Source: a virus
Reading direction: 5' to 3' (one strand)
Length of the DNA: 64,000 nt
IMG/VR virus record: IMGVR_UViG_3300047471_000729
Location: 1 to 64,000 of that record
The number at the start of each line of letters is the position of its first letter. The first letter of the stretch is position 1. The notes beneath the pieces are model-generated. The model searched no databases. It was not told the origin of the DNA and worked only from the letters and a program-made list of their open reading frames with translations. Shown here in pieces: positions 29,501 to 38,584 of the stretch. The position numbers were made by a program, and so were the translations under genes.

Positions 29501-30777
29501 ACAATTACATCATGGCGCAGAACTCCGGCGGTTCCAACGTCAAGATATACGATGACGGCAACAGCCACATCGAAGCTAGTGCCCAGCTTTGGATTAACAA
29601 CGCCACCGGAGCTTATACTCAGATCGGCGGCGGGATGACTGTTGCCGGTGCGGTGCAAATCAACGGCGCCTCCAACACAAACGGAAACGCCACCTGTCAG
29701 GGGAACATCTACACCAACAGCATCGTGATGAACAACACTTGCTTACTGTATGGCAGGGACACTGCCGGAACTCAGCAGTGGTTGATCGGATGTTGGAACG
29801 ATAACACTATCTATGTCGGTGACAATTCCCGCACATTGCATCTGCGCGGCTCAGTAAACGTATTCGATAACCAAGTTCAATGCCCCACCATCACTGTTGG
29901 GGGCCTCCTTTGGCAGAACTACAACAGCGGCTGGTGGTGGACCGGAAGCCCGATCCACACCGACAGCGCGGTTCAGGCTGGTTTATGGATAACCGCCGGA
30001 ACTGACATCAGTGCTGGCGGTCAGCTCAGTTGCAGCGGCAATTTGAACGTCAGTGGGACATCGTATTTGAATGGGAATCAGACCCGCGTTCACGGCACCG
30101 ATGCCAACGATAGCCTTACCGTCACCTGTTCCGACTATAGCAGGTTTCTCACTATCAAACCCCAATCTCCCCAGAATAACTGGTGTCAGATGGGCTACTA
30201 TTGTGGTGGCGCCGGGTGGGGAACCCTCGAAATAGTCGGGCAGCTTTACTGCGACGGCTCGATGCATTGCGGCGATCTAACCGCCACCGGCTGGATTTAC
30301 GGTGGTGGCAACGGAGGAGCGCAAATTAGATGTTGGGCGGGTGATTGGGGCGCGATGTCCTACGCCATGAGCGGCGGCTACTTTGAGATTAGCCCGGATC
30401 AAGGCGTGTCCGGTTTCTACTTTCCCAATGCAGGAAACTGGTCCGACGCACGACTGAAGCTCAACATCCGCGACAGCGAGATTGATGCCCTGGCGGTGCT
30501 TGGCAGGATACCGGTGCGCGCCTTTGAATGGAACGATCACGGTCGCAAGCTAATGCCCTATCGGGACAGATCAGTAACATGCGGCCTCGTCGCGCAGGAA
30601 GTAGAGGAGCTAATACCCAGCGCGGTAGACATCCCGCCCCTTATCGGTGACGACATGAAGGCCATCCTTTATGAGCAGTTCCACCCCTACTATATCCGCG
30701 CTATCCAGCAACTAAAGGCAGAAAATGATGAGTTAATGGAAAGATTAACTAGGTTGGAGCAATCAATTGTCCATTAA
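26575..30777 (+). CDS. Baseplate spike (Gp138/gpV-like N-terminus) fused to a long tail fibre with C-terminal S74 chaperone
   Basis: LWTSLP...GGGGMHITIPVAKGDEGLAIFASRGIDAWW...HHLTDAFVIPG, then fibre repeats (LPLTGGTLTG), ending WSDARLKLNI...GLVAQEVE...AIQQLKAE. Confidence 0.8.
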   Translation: MSSPFYHTERYEDFQENDRLRKQADRADLWTSLPVVIGEHQAAQNTVTIDPALKLAYVNDKGVIEWKQIPTIKSSPLLYLGGGGMHITIPVAKGDEGLAIFASRGIDAWWANGGVQNQDQNRTHHLTDAFVIPGFHSQPNKLKDVDTTSMQMRTTDGKTNFNFNPTSGGSMTMTAPNNPTTIQGKAFNTTVDSSNHNVANGVAYNTPSIRASGFIDAKGGFFVNGHPIGTGGGGGGTGGGGAIISPIPPVVPDAGTFWWDPIGGQLYVWYDDGNSAQWVAATNMPGPQGPPGPVGSGTITGVIAGIGLSGGGTNDIVTIDMDTPVAISLGGTGASAPVGALANLGGLPIAGGTMQGFLTLSAAPAQPLHAATRTYVDTAVSLLAPVNSPQFTGIPRVPTAPTATNDTTIASTAFVKVQPITFIGDIAGSGTLGSTNINITNVGLQGRPVAITAPTTNQVLQWSGTAWAPAAVAGTGTVTTINVGVGLTGGPIINIVGTIALAVPVAVTNGGTGIASGNAGGFVYFSNANTISSTTNWTIAGGQIVGDSGSSITVGGLTSQGPGTVNAVGLYINGVPVGTNSLSLTGGTLTGSLGINGSGSMLLFGNPGLGLPTVISRSIGTRIVLWNGLSTTEVDYAIGMDGGTQWFSVPNNTTARFRWFGGTSEAMSLGGNGVLSTTGVITAPVMLVMSATGGGPVATNGIAVKIPSGGEVNLIPGSSVNTGYIEWRLPNAAVGAGARLAYLGWNSGTTFGLQLDTATVFAISGTVTAPTFVGALTGQASLNLPLTGGTLTGNLNTVGQTNNGWFYTGINSPAYPTSFGGLAISWNFNVGQGDVDFWNCYTSGSGYTSFFWYQLTTAGSAATKVMQVGPSGLLVPSTFLKTGGGASYRMSPNANNTGIGSFWYTDTSTMYLLLTANNDAWGSFNGLRPFAVDLATGVATFGHRVTFNQGVTISGIGLNALTVTGWNIVLQNSASNNYIMAQNSGGSNVKIYDDGNSHIEASAQLWINNATGAYTQIGGGMTVAGAVQINGASNTNGNATCQGNIYTNSIVMNNTCLLYGRDTAGTQQWLIGCWNDNTIYVGDNSRTLHLRGSVNVFDNQVQCPTITVGGLLWQNYNSGWWWTGSPIHTDSAVQAGLWITAGTDISAGGQLSCSGNLNVSGTSYLNGNQTRVHGTDANDSLTVTCSDYSRFLTIKPQSPQNNWCQMGYYCGGAGWGTLEIVGQLYCDGSMHCGDLTATGWIYGGGNGGAQIRCWAGDWGAMSYAMSGGYFEISPDQGVSGFYFPNAGNWSDARLKLNIRDSEIDALAVLGRIPVRAFEWNDHGRKLMPYRDRSVTCGLVAQEVEELIPSAVDIPPLIGDDMKAILYEQFHPYYIRAIQQLKAENDELMERLTRLEQSIVH

Positions 30778-33559
30778 CTTTCCTAATACCCCTCAACCGG
30801 GGGATGAGTGGACTGATTCTGGTGCGTCTTGGACGTGGGATGGAGCCAAGTGGGAAGCAACTACCTTTGCTAATGATGGTCCTTACCTGCCACTAGCTGG
30901 TGGTATGATGGCAGGTATGTTGACTTTGTTTCATACTGCACCAACTGCTGCCTATCATGCGACACCAAAAAATTACGTTGATTTGTTTGCCCCACTTAAT
31001 AGTCCTATTCTTACTGGTAATCCAACAGGGCCTACCAGGCCGGTCGGTGATAACAGTGCCAGCCTTGCTACTACAGCCTTTGTCAGCTCGTACGCACCAT
31101 TAGCTTCGCCCATCTTTATCGGCAACCCACGAGCGCCTACGCCGGCTTTAGGCGATAATACGACCACTATCCCAACGACAGCCTGGGTTAAGTCACAGGG
31201 ATATGGTACTGCATTGGCGTTTCTGCCGTTGACTGGTGGGACTTTAACTGGATTTCTATATATATCCACAGGTGGATCACCTGTACACGGTTCTACAGCG
31301 GCAGGGTTTGGTGCTACACGTTGGAGTTTTGCTGTAGCTCCTAGTGATGAAATTAGTACCGGAACAATTGATTATCGTGGTTTCGACACTGGAGCACTCA
31401 GTATTATTGGTGCAGGGACGGATGGTAGCAATCGTCGGATTCGTCTCTGGGACAATGTGTTGGTAAGTAATACTTTAACTGTTGGCGGTGGAGGTATATC
31501 GGCTGCAAATACGATTGCAAGCACCGGTGGCAATGCGATCATTACTTGGACGGATCGGACCAGTGGAGTGACATGGGGATGGTATGCTTCTGGCGGTTTG
31601 TGTCGATTGTGGGATGCCAATATTGGTGACATGCTCTCAATGTCCAATACTGGTAATCTGACACATATTGGTAACTATCACTATTTCTCTAACAGTGGTG
31701 GAAATGTTAATAGTTCAGGTGGTAATTTTATCTATTCTGATCCAAACTGGACGATATTCCATATAGGCACTGGTAATCAAGGAGTTCAGGTTCAAGATAC
31801 TAATGGTAATGCTCGTCACTTATTTTATAGTGGTGGTAATGCTTATCATGGAGGTCCTCTTAGCATACAAGGTAATAATGCAGTCGATAGTCTACTTATC
31901 TATAGGAGTGGTGGTACTGCTTATATGACGTTTAAGCCTGAGACTGGTGGTAACTGGTCTCAGATTGGTTACTACGGATCAAGTTTTGGCTGGGGTGGTA
32001 TTGAATTCCCGGGTCCGGTACAGTTTGATTCTGGCTTCACCACGTTAGGTAACCTTCAAGCCAATGGGTATGTGGTTACTAACAATTTATATCTGTGGCA
32101 AAGTTACATCTTTTTTATGGGTCAGACTAGCGCTGGACCCAATCACTGGGCTAACAATACAGATATGGGGTTCCGTTTAGGATCAGGGAATGGCACCTTC
32201 TATTTTCAGAATGTCAATGCTGCCAATAACTGTTTTATTGGTTCAGGTGGTGACATCTATGGTGCAACACTTCGAACATGGGGTGGTGGTGACTGGGGTG
32301 CAAGTACAGGTTTTGCATCTTTTTCCCAGCATATCTGGCGCTTTGCGATAAGTGGGGGTGATGGAGGTGCATCGGGTACAGTTAGTTACCGCGTTTACGA
32401 TTCCACCGCACTTTGTATTGTTGGGGCAGATAGTGGAGGGGTTCGACATGTTCATTTATGGGATGATGTAGTTATAGATCGTAATTTACAAGTCAATGGT
32501 GGGAATATCTATTTACCAAATAGTTCAGGAACCGGCGTAAATATTGTTAATGCAGGTGGTAATTGGTTGCATGTCTTTGATGATGGAAATGCTCATCTCG
32601 AAACTAACACCAGACTTTGGGTCAATCAGCAAACTGGTACTGATGTTTGGTTTGGTGGACCAGTTATTACAAATAGCAACTATTTTGTTTGGGTAAATGG
32701 TAGTGCAGGTATTGGTTCCGGTCAAGGTCCTTGCATGTATGGAGACAATAACTGGATTATTGCCAAGTTGGGTAGTGGGAATTCGGGATTTGCTGTCGCA
32801 GATTGGTATGCCAATTGGAATTTTCGAGTAGACTCTGCTGGATCAGTTAGTTGTGCGAATGTTACTGTTAGTGGAAGTCTCTTTGTCGGGGGATTACAGA
32901 TTTATAACAACGGCGGCTGGGTATTTGTTGCCAATTCCCTACAGGCCGGTGGCTTGTATTCACGCGGCGATATCTGGAACGCGGGGAGCATTAATTCCGG
33001 CAATCAACTGAACTGTCCTAACGCCTGCACCGCTGGTTATCTTCACAGTACCAGTGATGTTAAGGCAAATGGCTGGTTCACCAGTGGCATCGGTAATGGT
33101 GGCGCTCAAGTTAGATGTTGGGCGGGTGATTGGGGCGCAATGTCCTTCGCTATCAGCAACCAGTATTTCGAGATCAGCCCAGACCAAGGGCAATCGGGCT
33201 TTTACTATGCCCCGGCTGGTAATTGGTCGGATGCACGACTGAAATATAATATTCGAGATACTGAAGTTGATGCTCTAGCTGTCATCTGTGCAACACCTGT
33301 CCGTCGATTTGAATGGAACGAACGGGGACGCAAATTGATGCCTAATTCTGGATCGGACGTACTGTGTGGTTTCGTCGCGCAAGAGATTGAGGAAGTAATA
33401 TCCATTGCAGTAGATGCCGTTCCCCTTCTAGGCGGTGGTATGAAACGTGTCGTTGATGAACATCTCACACCATATCTTTTCCGTGCGATCCAACAGTTGA
33501 CTAAACGAATTGCAGTGTTGGAGGATCGGCTTGCTTCTACAGGTAATACAACGCTATAA
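30767..33559 (+). CDS. Tail fibre protein with C-terminal S74 chaperone
   Basis: FPNTPQPG...WTWDGAKW, APLNSPILTGNPTGPT...ATTAFV and SDARLKYNI...GFVAQEIE. Confidence 0.85.
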   Translation: MSINFPNTPQPGDEWTDSGASWTWDGAKWEATTFANDGPYLPLAGGMMAGMLTLFHTAPTAAYHATPKNYVDLFAPLNSPILTGNPTGPTRPVGDNSASLATTAFVSSYAPLASPIFIGNPRAPTPALGDNTTTIPTTAWVKSQGYGTALAFLPLTGGTLTGFLYISTGGSPVHGSTAAGFGATRWSFAVAPSDEISTGTIDYRGFDTGALSIIGAGTDGSNRRIRLWDNVLVSNTLTVGGGGISAANTIASTGGNAIITWTDRTSGVTWGWYASGGLCRLWDANIGDMLSMSNTGNLTHIGNYHYFSNSGGNVNSSGGNFIYSDPNWTIFHIGTGNQGVQVQDTNGNARHLFYSGGNAYHGGPLSIQGNNAVDSLLIYRSGGTAYMTFKPETGGNWSQIGYYGSSFGWGGIEFPGPVQFDSGFTTLGNLQANGYVVTNNLYLWQSYIFFMGQTSAGPNHWANNTDMGFRLGSGNGTFYFQNVNAANNCFIGSGGDIYGATLRTWGGGDWGASTGFASFSQHIWRFAISGGDGGASGTVSYRVYDSTALCIVGADSGGVRHVHLWDDVVIDRNLQVNGGNIYLPNSSGTGVNIVNAGGNWLHVFDDGNAHLETNTRLWVNQQTGTDVWFGGPVITNSNYFVWVNGSAGIGSGQGPCMYGDNNWIIAKLGSGNSGFAVADWYANWNFRVDSAGSVSCANVTVSGSLFVGGLQIYNNGGWVFVANSLQAGGLYSRGDIWNAGSINSGNQLNCPNACTAGYLHSTSDVKANGWFTSGIGNGGAQVRCWAGDWGAMSFAISNQYFEISPDQGQSGFYYAPAGNWSDARLKYNIRDTEVDALAVICATPVRRFEWNERGRKLMPNSGSDVLCGFVAQEIEEVISIAVDAVPLLGGGMKRVVDEHLTPYLFRAIQQLTKRIAVLEDRLASTGNTTL

Positions 33560-33601
33560 TTTGGGTTATTATCACCACACTACAACCTTAGGGGTTCGGC
33601 T

Positions 33602-34183
33602 ATGACTGATTATGCAGATGTTCCAACTATAACAACTCTTCATCAGGAAAGTCAAAACATTCAGAATGCTCTGAATCTACTTAATGCTGGCGGTACTATG
33701 TCGAATTTCACAGTCGCGCCCCCACCTCCGCCTACTGACGGATCTGGTATACCGTCCAGTACTATGTATATGTCGGTTAATATTTCGGTACCGGGTCCGA
33801 TCTCACCTGATATGACTCAGGCACTTATTGATACATTAACAACTAGACAGGCTGAAGTAGTATCGGAGTTAGCCGACTTAGGTGTTGGTCCCCCGCCACC
33901 ACCAATAACTGACCCGCCTGTAAACACGACGGCTCCCGTTGTCACACAGGTCGATACTAATCTTAATTCTACAACAGGTGTTTGGGACAATACACCAACT
34001 AGCTATACGTATTCTTGGCTTAGGGAAGATGGAATAATGGTCGGAACTCTATCGACTTATCCTATTGCCTTTGCTGATGTTGATCTCTCGTTTACCTGTA
34101 CTGTTACAGCAACAAATAATATTGGAACGACACAAGGTCCACCATCAAATAGCGTAGTTGTAGTCAGTCCACCCGCACCCTAG
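33602..34183 (+). CDS. Fibre-associated protein (paralog of 41264..41605) with a C-terminal Ig-like domain
   Basis: N-terminus aligns by eye with 41264..41605. PVNTTAPVV...GVWDNTPTSYTYSW...TCTVTATN Ig-like tail. Confidence 0.6.
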   Translation: MTDYADVPTITTLHQESQNIQNALNLLNAGGTMSNFTVAPPPPPTDGSGIPSSTMYMSVNISVPGPISPDMTQALIDTLTTRQAEVVSELADLGVGPPPPPITDPPVNTTAPVVTQVDTNLNSTTGVWDNTPTSYTYSWLREDGIMVGTLSTYPIAFADVDLSFTCTVTATNNIGTTQGPPSNSVVVVSPPAP

Positions 34184-34194
34184 GAGGATGTATA

Positions 34195-34434
34195 ATGGGT
34201 TCGCCTATGCCTAGTAGTGGTACACCTGTTCCTGCAACTCAACCGTTTACCATTAGATTGGAAGCGCAACAGTGGAATGCTGTATTGGCTGCGCTTGGTG
34301 AAGCACCCTATCGGGTTTCTGCACCATTGATCCAAGCGATTGGTGAACAACTTCAGACCCAGGCGAATCAGGCAGGTACCTCTGCCCCAAATGGGCTTGA
34401 TGTTGATATTGTGACATCTTCTCCGCCCAACTAA
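34195..34434 (+). CDS. Small hypothetical tail protein
   Basis: AGGAGG RBS. NAVLAALGEAPYRVSAPLI motif, common after phage fibre genes. Confidence 0.6.
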   Translation: MGSPMPSSGTPVPATQPFTIRLEAQQWNAVLAALGEAPYRVSAPLIQAIGEQLQTQANQAGTSAPNGLDVDIVTSSPPN

Positions 34435-34931
34435 TGAGATACCGCAAGCTTGACCAAAACGGCGATATGCAGTTTGGTCATGGGGCTGGTGACTTTTGGA
34501 AAGACCAACCGGAAGCGGTTGGTCAATCCATCAAGACTCGGCTGCTCTTGTTTGCTGGCGAGTGGTATCTTGATACTTCTGCGGGAACTCCCTGGGGTGG
34601 GTTCCCACTAAACCAGTCTGTTGTTCAGCAAGGTAAGATACTGTCTGAGCATACACAGTTCTCAAGGGATGCGGCAATTCGTGAGAGAATTATTACAACT
34701 GATGGAGTGATGACATTAAACAATTATGGAAGCGCGTTTAATGCTAATTCCCGCGCGTTTTCAGTTGGCGCACAAGTAGATACAGTTTATGGTGGTCCTA
34801 TTTCTGTAATTATCTCTCAAGTATTAGGTGCACCACCGGTTATTCAGTTTGGAGTCCCTCTTGCTCAAGAGAGACGTCCTGTAGCTCCCGTTTATAGATC
34901 CTTGCCAAGACCATCAACAAGGGCTAGGTAG
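34434..34931 (+). CDS. Baseplate wedge subunit (gp25/gp46-like)
   Basis: MRYRKLDQNGDMQFG...EAVGQSIKTRLLLFAGEWYLDTSAGTPW...VDTVYG. Confidence 0.8.
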   Translation: MRYRKLDQNGDMQFGHGAGDFWKDQPEAVGQSIKTRLLLFAGEWYLDTSAGTPWGGFPLNQSVVQQGKILSEHTQFSRDAAIRERIITTDGVMTLNNYGSAFNANSRAFSVGAQVDTVYGGPISVIISQVLGAPPVIQFGVPLAQERRPVAPVYRSLPRPSTRAR

Positions 34932-34933
34932 AA

Positions 34934-36124
34934 ATGGTTGCTCCCGTTGCAGTAATTGACTCGAATGGTATAACGATACCACTATATACTGATGTGCTTG
35001 CTTATCTGCAAGAACAATATCAATTGATTTATGGTAGTGATGTCAATCTGGATCCTGATACTCAAGATGGTCAGTGGATTGCGGTAACCGCATCAGCAAT
35101 TCATGATGCCAATCAGACTATGGTTGCAGCTTATCTATCCTATAGTCCAACCTTTGCACAAGGTGTAGGTCTATCAAGTATTGTAAAGATTAATGGTATT
35201 CGACGTCAGCGTCCCAGTGTTAGCAATGTAATAGTGCAATGTGTTGGTGTTGCAGGTACCGGTATTGGTGGTGGTATTGTAGGTGACCAGTTTAATCTTG
35301 GTACTCAGTGGGTTTTACCACCCGAGGTTACTATTCCACCGACTGGCTTAATTGAAGTAACAGCGACTTCTAATGTTGAAGGAGCAGTTACAGCAGATGT
35401 GAATACATTAACACACATTCTGACACCAATACCTGGTTGGCAGACAGTTACTAATCCAAGTGCTGCGGTACCTGGTCAACCAATTGAGACTGATGCAGCA
35501 TTACGCAGAAGACAAACAATCTCGGTAGCAAATCCTTCACAAACAGTGGTTGTTGGTATTCAAGGTGCGATTGAGGAATTAGCAGGTGTCGTCCGGGTTA
35601 TGGTCTATGAAAATCCAACTGCTGTTACTGACGTAAATGGTACACCACCCTATTCAATGGCTATAGCTGTTGAGGGTGGGGACATTAACGATATTGCCAA
35701 TGCTATAGCGTTAAGAAAGACACCAGGCAGCCCAACCTATGGTACCACTTCGGTTATGGTCTTTGATAGTCGTGGTATACCTTCGGTGATTAATTTCTTT
35801 GAGTTGACTATAGTGCCTGTAACGGTTGGTATTACACTGAATGCCCTTCCTGGATTTACTTCGGTAATTGAAACGGAAATCATTGATAGTGTTATCGCCT
35901 ATATGAATTCTCTGCCTATTGGTTATGATTCCTATCAGTCTAAACTAGTAGCTGCTTGTCAGGTGACTGAGCCTGATGGATTAACTTATGATGTTACTTC
36001 AGTTAGACAATCAAGAGATGGGAACCCTCTTGCTATCCAAGATGTGACAATTTCTTATATTGAAGCGGCAACCGCTGATCCCACTACGGTTACAATAACC
36101 GTCAATCCTCAGCTTAGGAGGTAA
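34934..36124 (+). CDS. Baseplate J/gp47-family protein
   Basis: IYGSDVNLDPDTQDGQ, GWQTVTN...ETDAALRRRQ and VEGGD motifs. Confidence 0.88.
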   Translation: MVAPVAVIDSNGITIPLYTDVLAYLQEQYQLIYGSDVNLDPDTQDGQWIAVTASAIHDANQTMVAAYLSYSPTFAQGVGLSSIVKINGIRRQRPSVSNVIVQCVGVAGTGIGGGIVGDQFNLGTQWVLPPEVTIPPTGLIEVTATSNVEGAVTADVNTLTHILTPIPGWQTVTNPSAAVPGQPIETDAALRRRQTISVANPSQTVVVGIQGAIEELAGVVRVMVYENPTAVTDVNGTPPYSMAIAVEGGDINDIANAIALRKTPGSPTYGTTSVMVFDSRGIPSVINFFELTIVPVTVGITLNALPGFTSVIETEIIDSVIAYMNSLPIGYDSYQSKLVAACQVTEPDGLTYDVTSVRQSRDGNPLAIQDVTISYIEAATADPTTVTITVNPQLRR

Positions 36125-36126
36125 TC

Positions 36127-36786
36127 ATGACTGGACTAACCGATCGCACGGCTCAAGGGCTCCTCGGTCACATCACTGGAAAGTTAGCAATCTTTCCTAT
36201 ACCAACAGTCTTTATTGGTTTATTTACAGCTGTTGGTAGTGATGCGGGGGTCGGGTTTACCGAAGTTGCCGGTGGGGCTTATGCTAGGTCGCCAACTACT
36301 GCAGCAACTTGGAATTCGGCAGCCGGGTCAGGACCTAGTGCAATCTCGAATGCGAACCCAATCACTTTTGCCATCTCTACGGCAGACTGGGGGACAGTCA
36401 CTGCCTTTGGCTTGTATGATGCAGTTACTGCGGGGAATCTACTTGCCTGGGATTACTTTGGTAGCTATACCTGGTTGCCAACACAGATTAGTGCAGCCTC
36501 GCCTGCGATCCTGTCGGTATCACGACATGGTTTCCTTACTGGTGACAGTGTTGTCTATTCTGCAGAATATGGCGGGAGTCCCCCGACTTTCCTGCAAGGT
36601 AACTTTACAGGACTTCTTGCTGTTACTAACCCACTGACAGATTCTTTCTCTGTCACATCCACAGGTTCGGCAGTCAACACTAATACCTCTGGTAATGGAA
36701 TGGTTCGTAAGGTTGCTTCGCAGCACATTGGTGTTGGTGTACAACCAACATTCCCATCGGGATCCTTGCTCATCACCTCTGCGTAA
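36127..36786 (+). CDS. Tail/baseplate structural protein with an inserted beta domain
   Basis: EVAGGAYAR...ISNANPITF...ADWGTVTAFGLYDAVTAGNLLAW, interrupted by an SPAILSVSRHGFLTGDSV insert. Confidence 0.6.
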   Translation: MTGLTDRTAQGLLGHITGKLAIFPIPTVFIGLFTAVGSDAGVGFTEVAGGAYARSPTTAATWNSAAGSGPSAISNANPITFAISTADWGTVTAFGLYDAVTAGNLLAWDYFGSYTWLPTQISAASPAILSVSRHGFLTGDSVVYSAEYGGSPPTFLQGNFTGLLAVTNPLTDSFSVTSTGSAVNTNTSGNGMVRKVASQHIGVGVQPTFPSGSLLITSA

Positions 36787-36814
36787 CTACTGTTTTGTAG
36801 GGCGTGGATGATCG

Positions 36815-38584
36815 ATGGATCTCTCTGGTCAGATAACGACCACATGCACAGCCAGGAATGATTATTCTGGCCAGATTCCTAACATAGCGTATACTCTATC
36901 TGGTCAAATAACCACTACAATCTCGGCTAGAAATGATTATTATGGTGGTGGTCCTCTTTACATATCCGGTCAGATCACCACAACTACTACAGCTAGTAAT
37001 CTCTATACTATTGGGCCAGCAAATCTAACAGGTAGGATTGTAACTGCCGCTAAAGCTTGGGGTGGTTTTACTGCTCCTTCTGGTACTGTCTTATCCGGTC
37101 GGATCACAACTATTAGTAGTGCTAATAGTTGGATTATTACTGGTCCACTCAATTTAACTGGTCAGATTTCTTCAACCAGTGCAGTTACAGGATACTTCTT
37201 TCAAGGATCATTTAATTTAACCGGTCGAATTACATCTACTAATCGTCTTCAAACTAGTGCCTTTATTCTAGGTCAGTTTTCTGGTCGCATTACTTCCACT
37301 AGCTCGGCTAGTGGATCACCATTTGTAATGGGTAGTCTTTCTGGTACAATAACCTCTACCACTACAACGAGTTCCTGGGCTAGGTTTGGTTTCCCCTTAT
37401 CTGGTCAGATTACTTCTATTAGTTCAGCCTCTACTCAATTCCAACCTACGGTTCTATTATACGGTACGATTAGTACGAGCGTTTCGACACTTGCTTCTTG
37501 GCCACCTTTTGTTACTTTATCTGGTCAGATTACTTCGACCTCATCCGTTCGAACGGATGGCGTATTCCCAGTAATAGCATTTGTTGCTGGTACAATTACT
37601 ACAACTGTATCAGCAGGACTATGGGGTAATTTTCCGGAGTTTCTATCTGGTGTAATACTTTCGACAAGCTCAGCTTATGCAGAGACCGTACTTGATACTT
37701 ATGTATCCGGTCAGATCACCACTATTGCTACAGCTCAAAGCATTCCACCACAACCGATAATAAATTTGATTGGTGGTAAGATCACCACCACAGTTACTGC
37801 CTCGTTTGGTGATCAGGTTGGGGCTGAGTTAGTACCACCACGTCCGCCTTATCCTGCTCCTTTCCCAACACAACCCGTAGAACATTATCTAGAATATATA
37901 ACTTCTGAGCATAATCAGAAGCCAAAATACATGGATACTATTGCCATAAGCGTTGATACTTGGGTTCAGGATCAGTTAATATCGGCAGGATTACCAGGGT
38001 TATTTGATATTGATTACGCTGTTGGGGAGCAACTGGACTTTGTTGGGCAGTGGATTGGTAAGACTCGATGGATTCAAGTACCTAATGCCTTCTTTAGTTG
38101 GGACGAGGAAGGACTAGGTTGGAACCAAGCGAATTGGAAAGGCCCAGCAGATTCTGATGATCATCTTCAGCGTCTTGATGACTATCATTATCGTATACTG
38201 CTATTTGCGGCTATAGCTGCCAATCACTGGGATGGTTCTGTACCATCAGCTTATGCTGCCTGGGATGCGTTGTTTCTCTATAGTGGTGTAACAGTGGTTA
38301 TTCAAGACTACGGTAATATGTCTATGATGTATGGGGTATTGTGGGCGACTGAACCGGATACCGTTCTGATCTCTATGCTTATAAACGGACATATGGATCT
38401 AAAGCCTGAAGGCGTTAAAATATTAGATTATATCTTTCAAGTCGAGCCTAATGTCGCATTCTTTGGCTTTGATGCCCAGAATGACACAATAGCTGGATGG
38501 GAAGCTGGATCTTGGGGTATCCTTGTGCCGCCTGGCTCGGGGTACGACCCGCTGCAACCAACAGGGATTACACCCAATGAGTGA
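36815..38584 (+). CDS. DUF2612-family baseplate wedge protein with an N-terminal repeat extension
   Basis: About 15 LSGQITTT-like repeats, then YITSEH.QKPKY...FDIDYAVGEQLDFVGQWIG...LDDYHYR...NHWDG. Confidence 0.8.
   Translation: MDLSGQITTTCTARNDYSGQIPNIAYTLSGQITTTISARNDYYGGGPLYISGQITTTTTASNLYTIGPANLTGRIVTAAKAWGGFTAPSGTVLSGRITTISSANSWIITGPLNLTGQISSTSAVTGYFFQGSFNLTGRITSTNRLQTSAFILGQFSGRITSTSSASGSPFVMGSLSGTITSTTTTSSWARFGFPLSGQITSISSASTQFQPTVLLYGTISTSVSTLASWPPFVTLSGQITSTSSVRTDGVFPVIAFVAGTITTTVSAGLWGNFPEFLSGVILSTSSAYAETVLDTYVSGQITTIATAQSIPPQPIINLIGGKITTTVTASFGDQVGAELVPPRPPYPAPFPTQPVEHYLEYITSEHNQKPKYMDTIAISVDTWVQDQLISAGLPGLFDIDYAVGEQLDFVGQWIGKTRWIQVPNAFFSWDEEGLGWNQANWKGPADSDDHLQRLDDYHYRILLFAAIAANHWDGSVPSAYAAWDALFLYSGVTVVIQDYGNMSMMYGVLWATEPDTVLISMLINGHMDLKPEGVKILDYIFQVEPNVAFFGFDAQNDTIAGWEAGSWGILVPPGSGYDPLQPTGITPNE

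Noticed and set aside
30300-33540. Diversity-generating retroelement (TR/VR pair) suggested by similar fibre ends
   Set aside because: Both copies are coding, the differences are not adenine-specific, and no reverse transcriptase is in the window.
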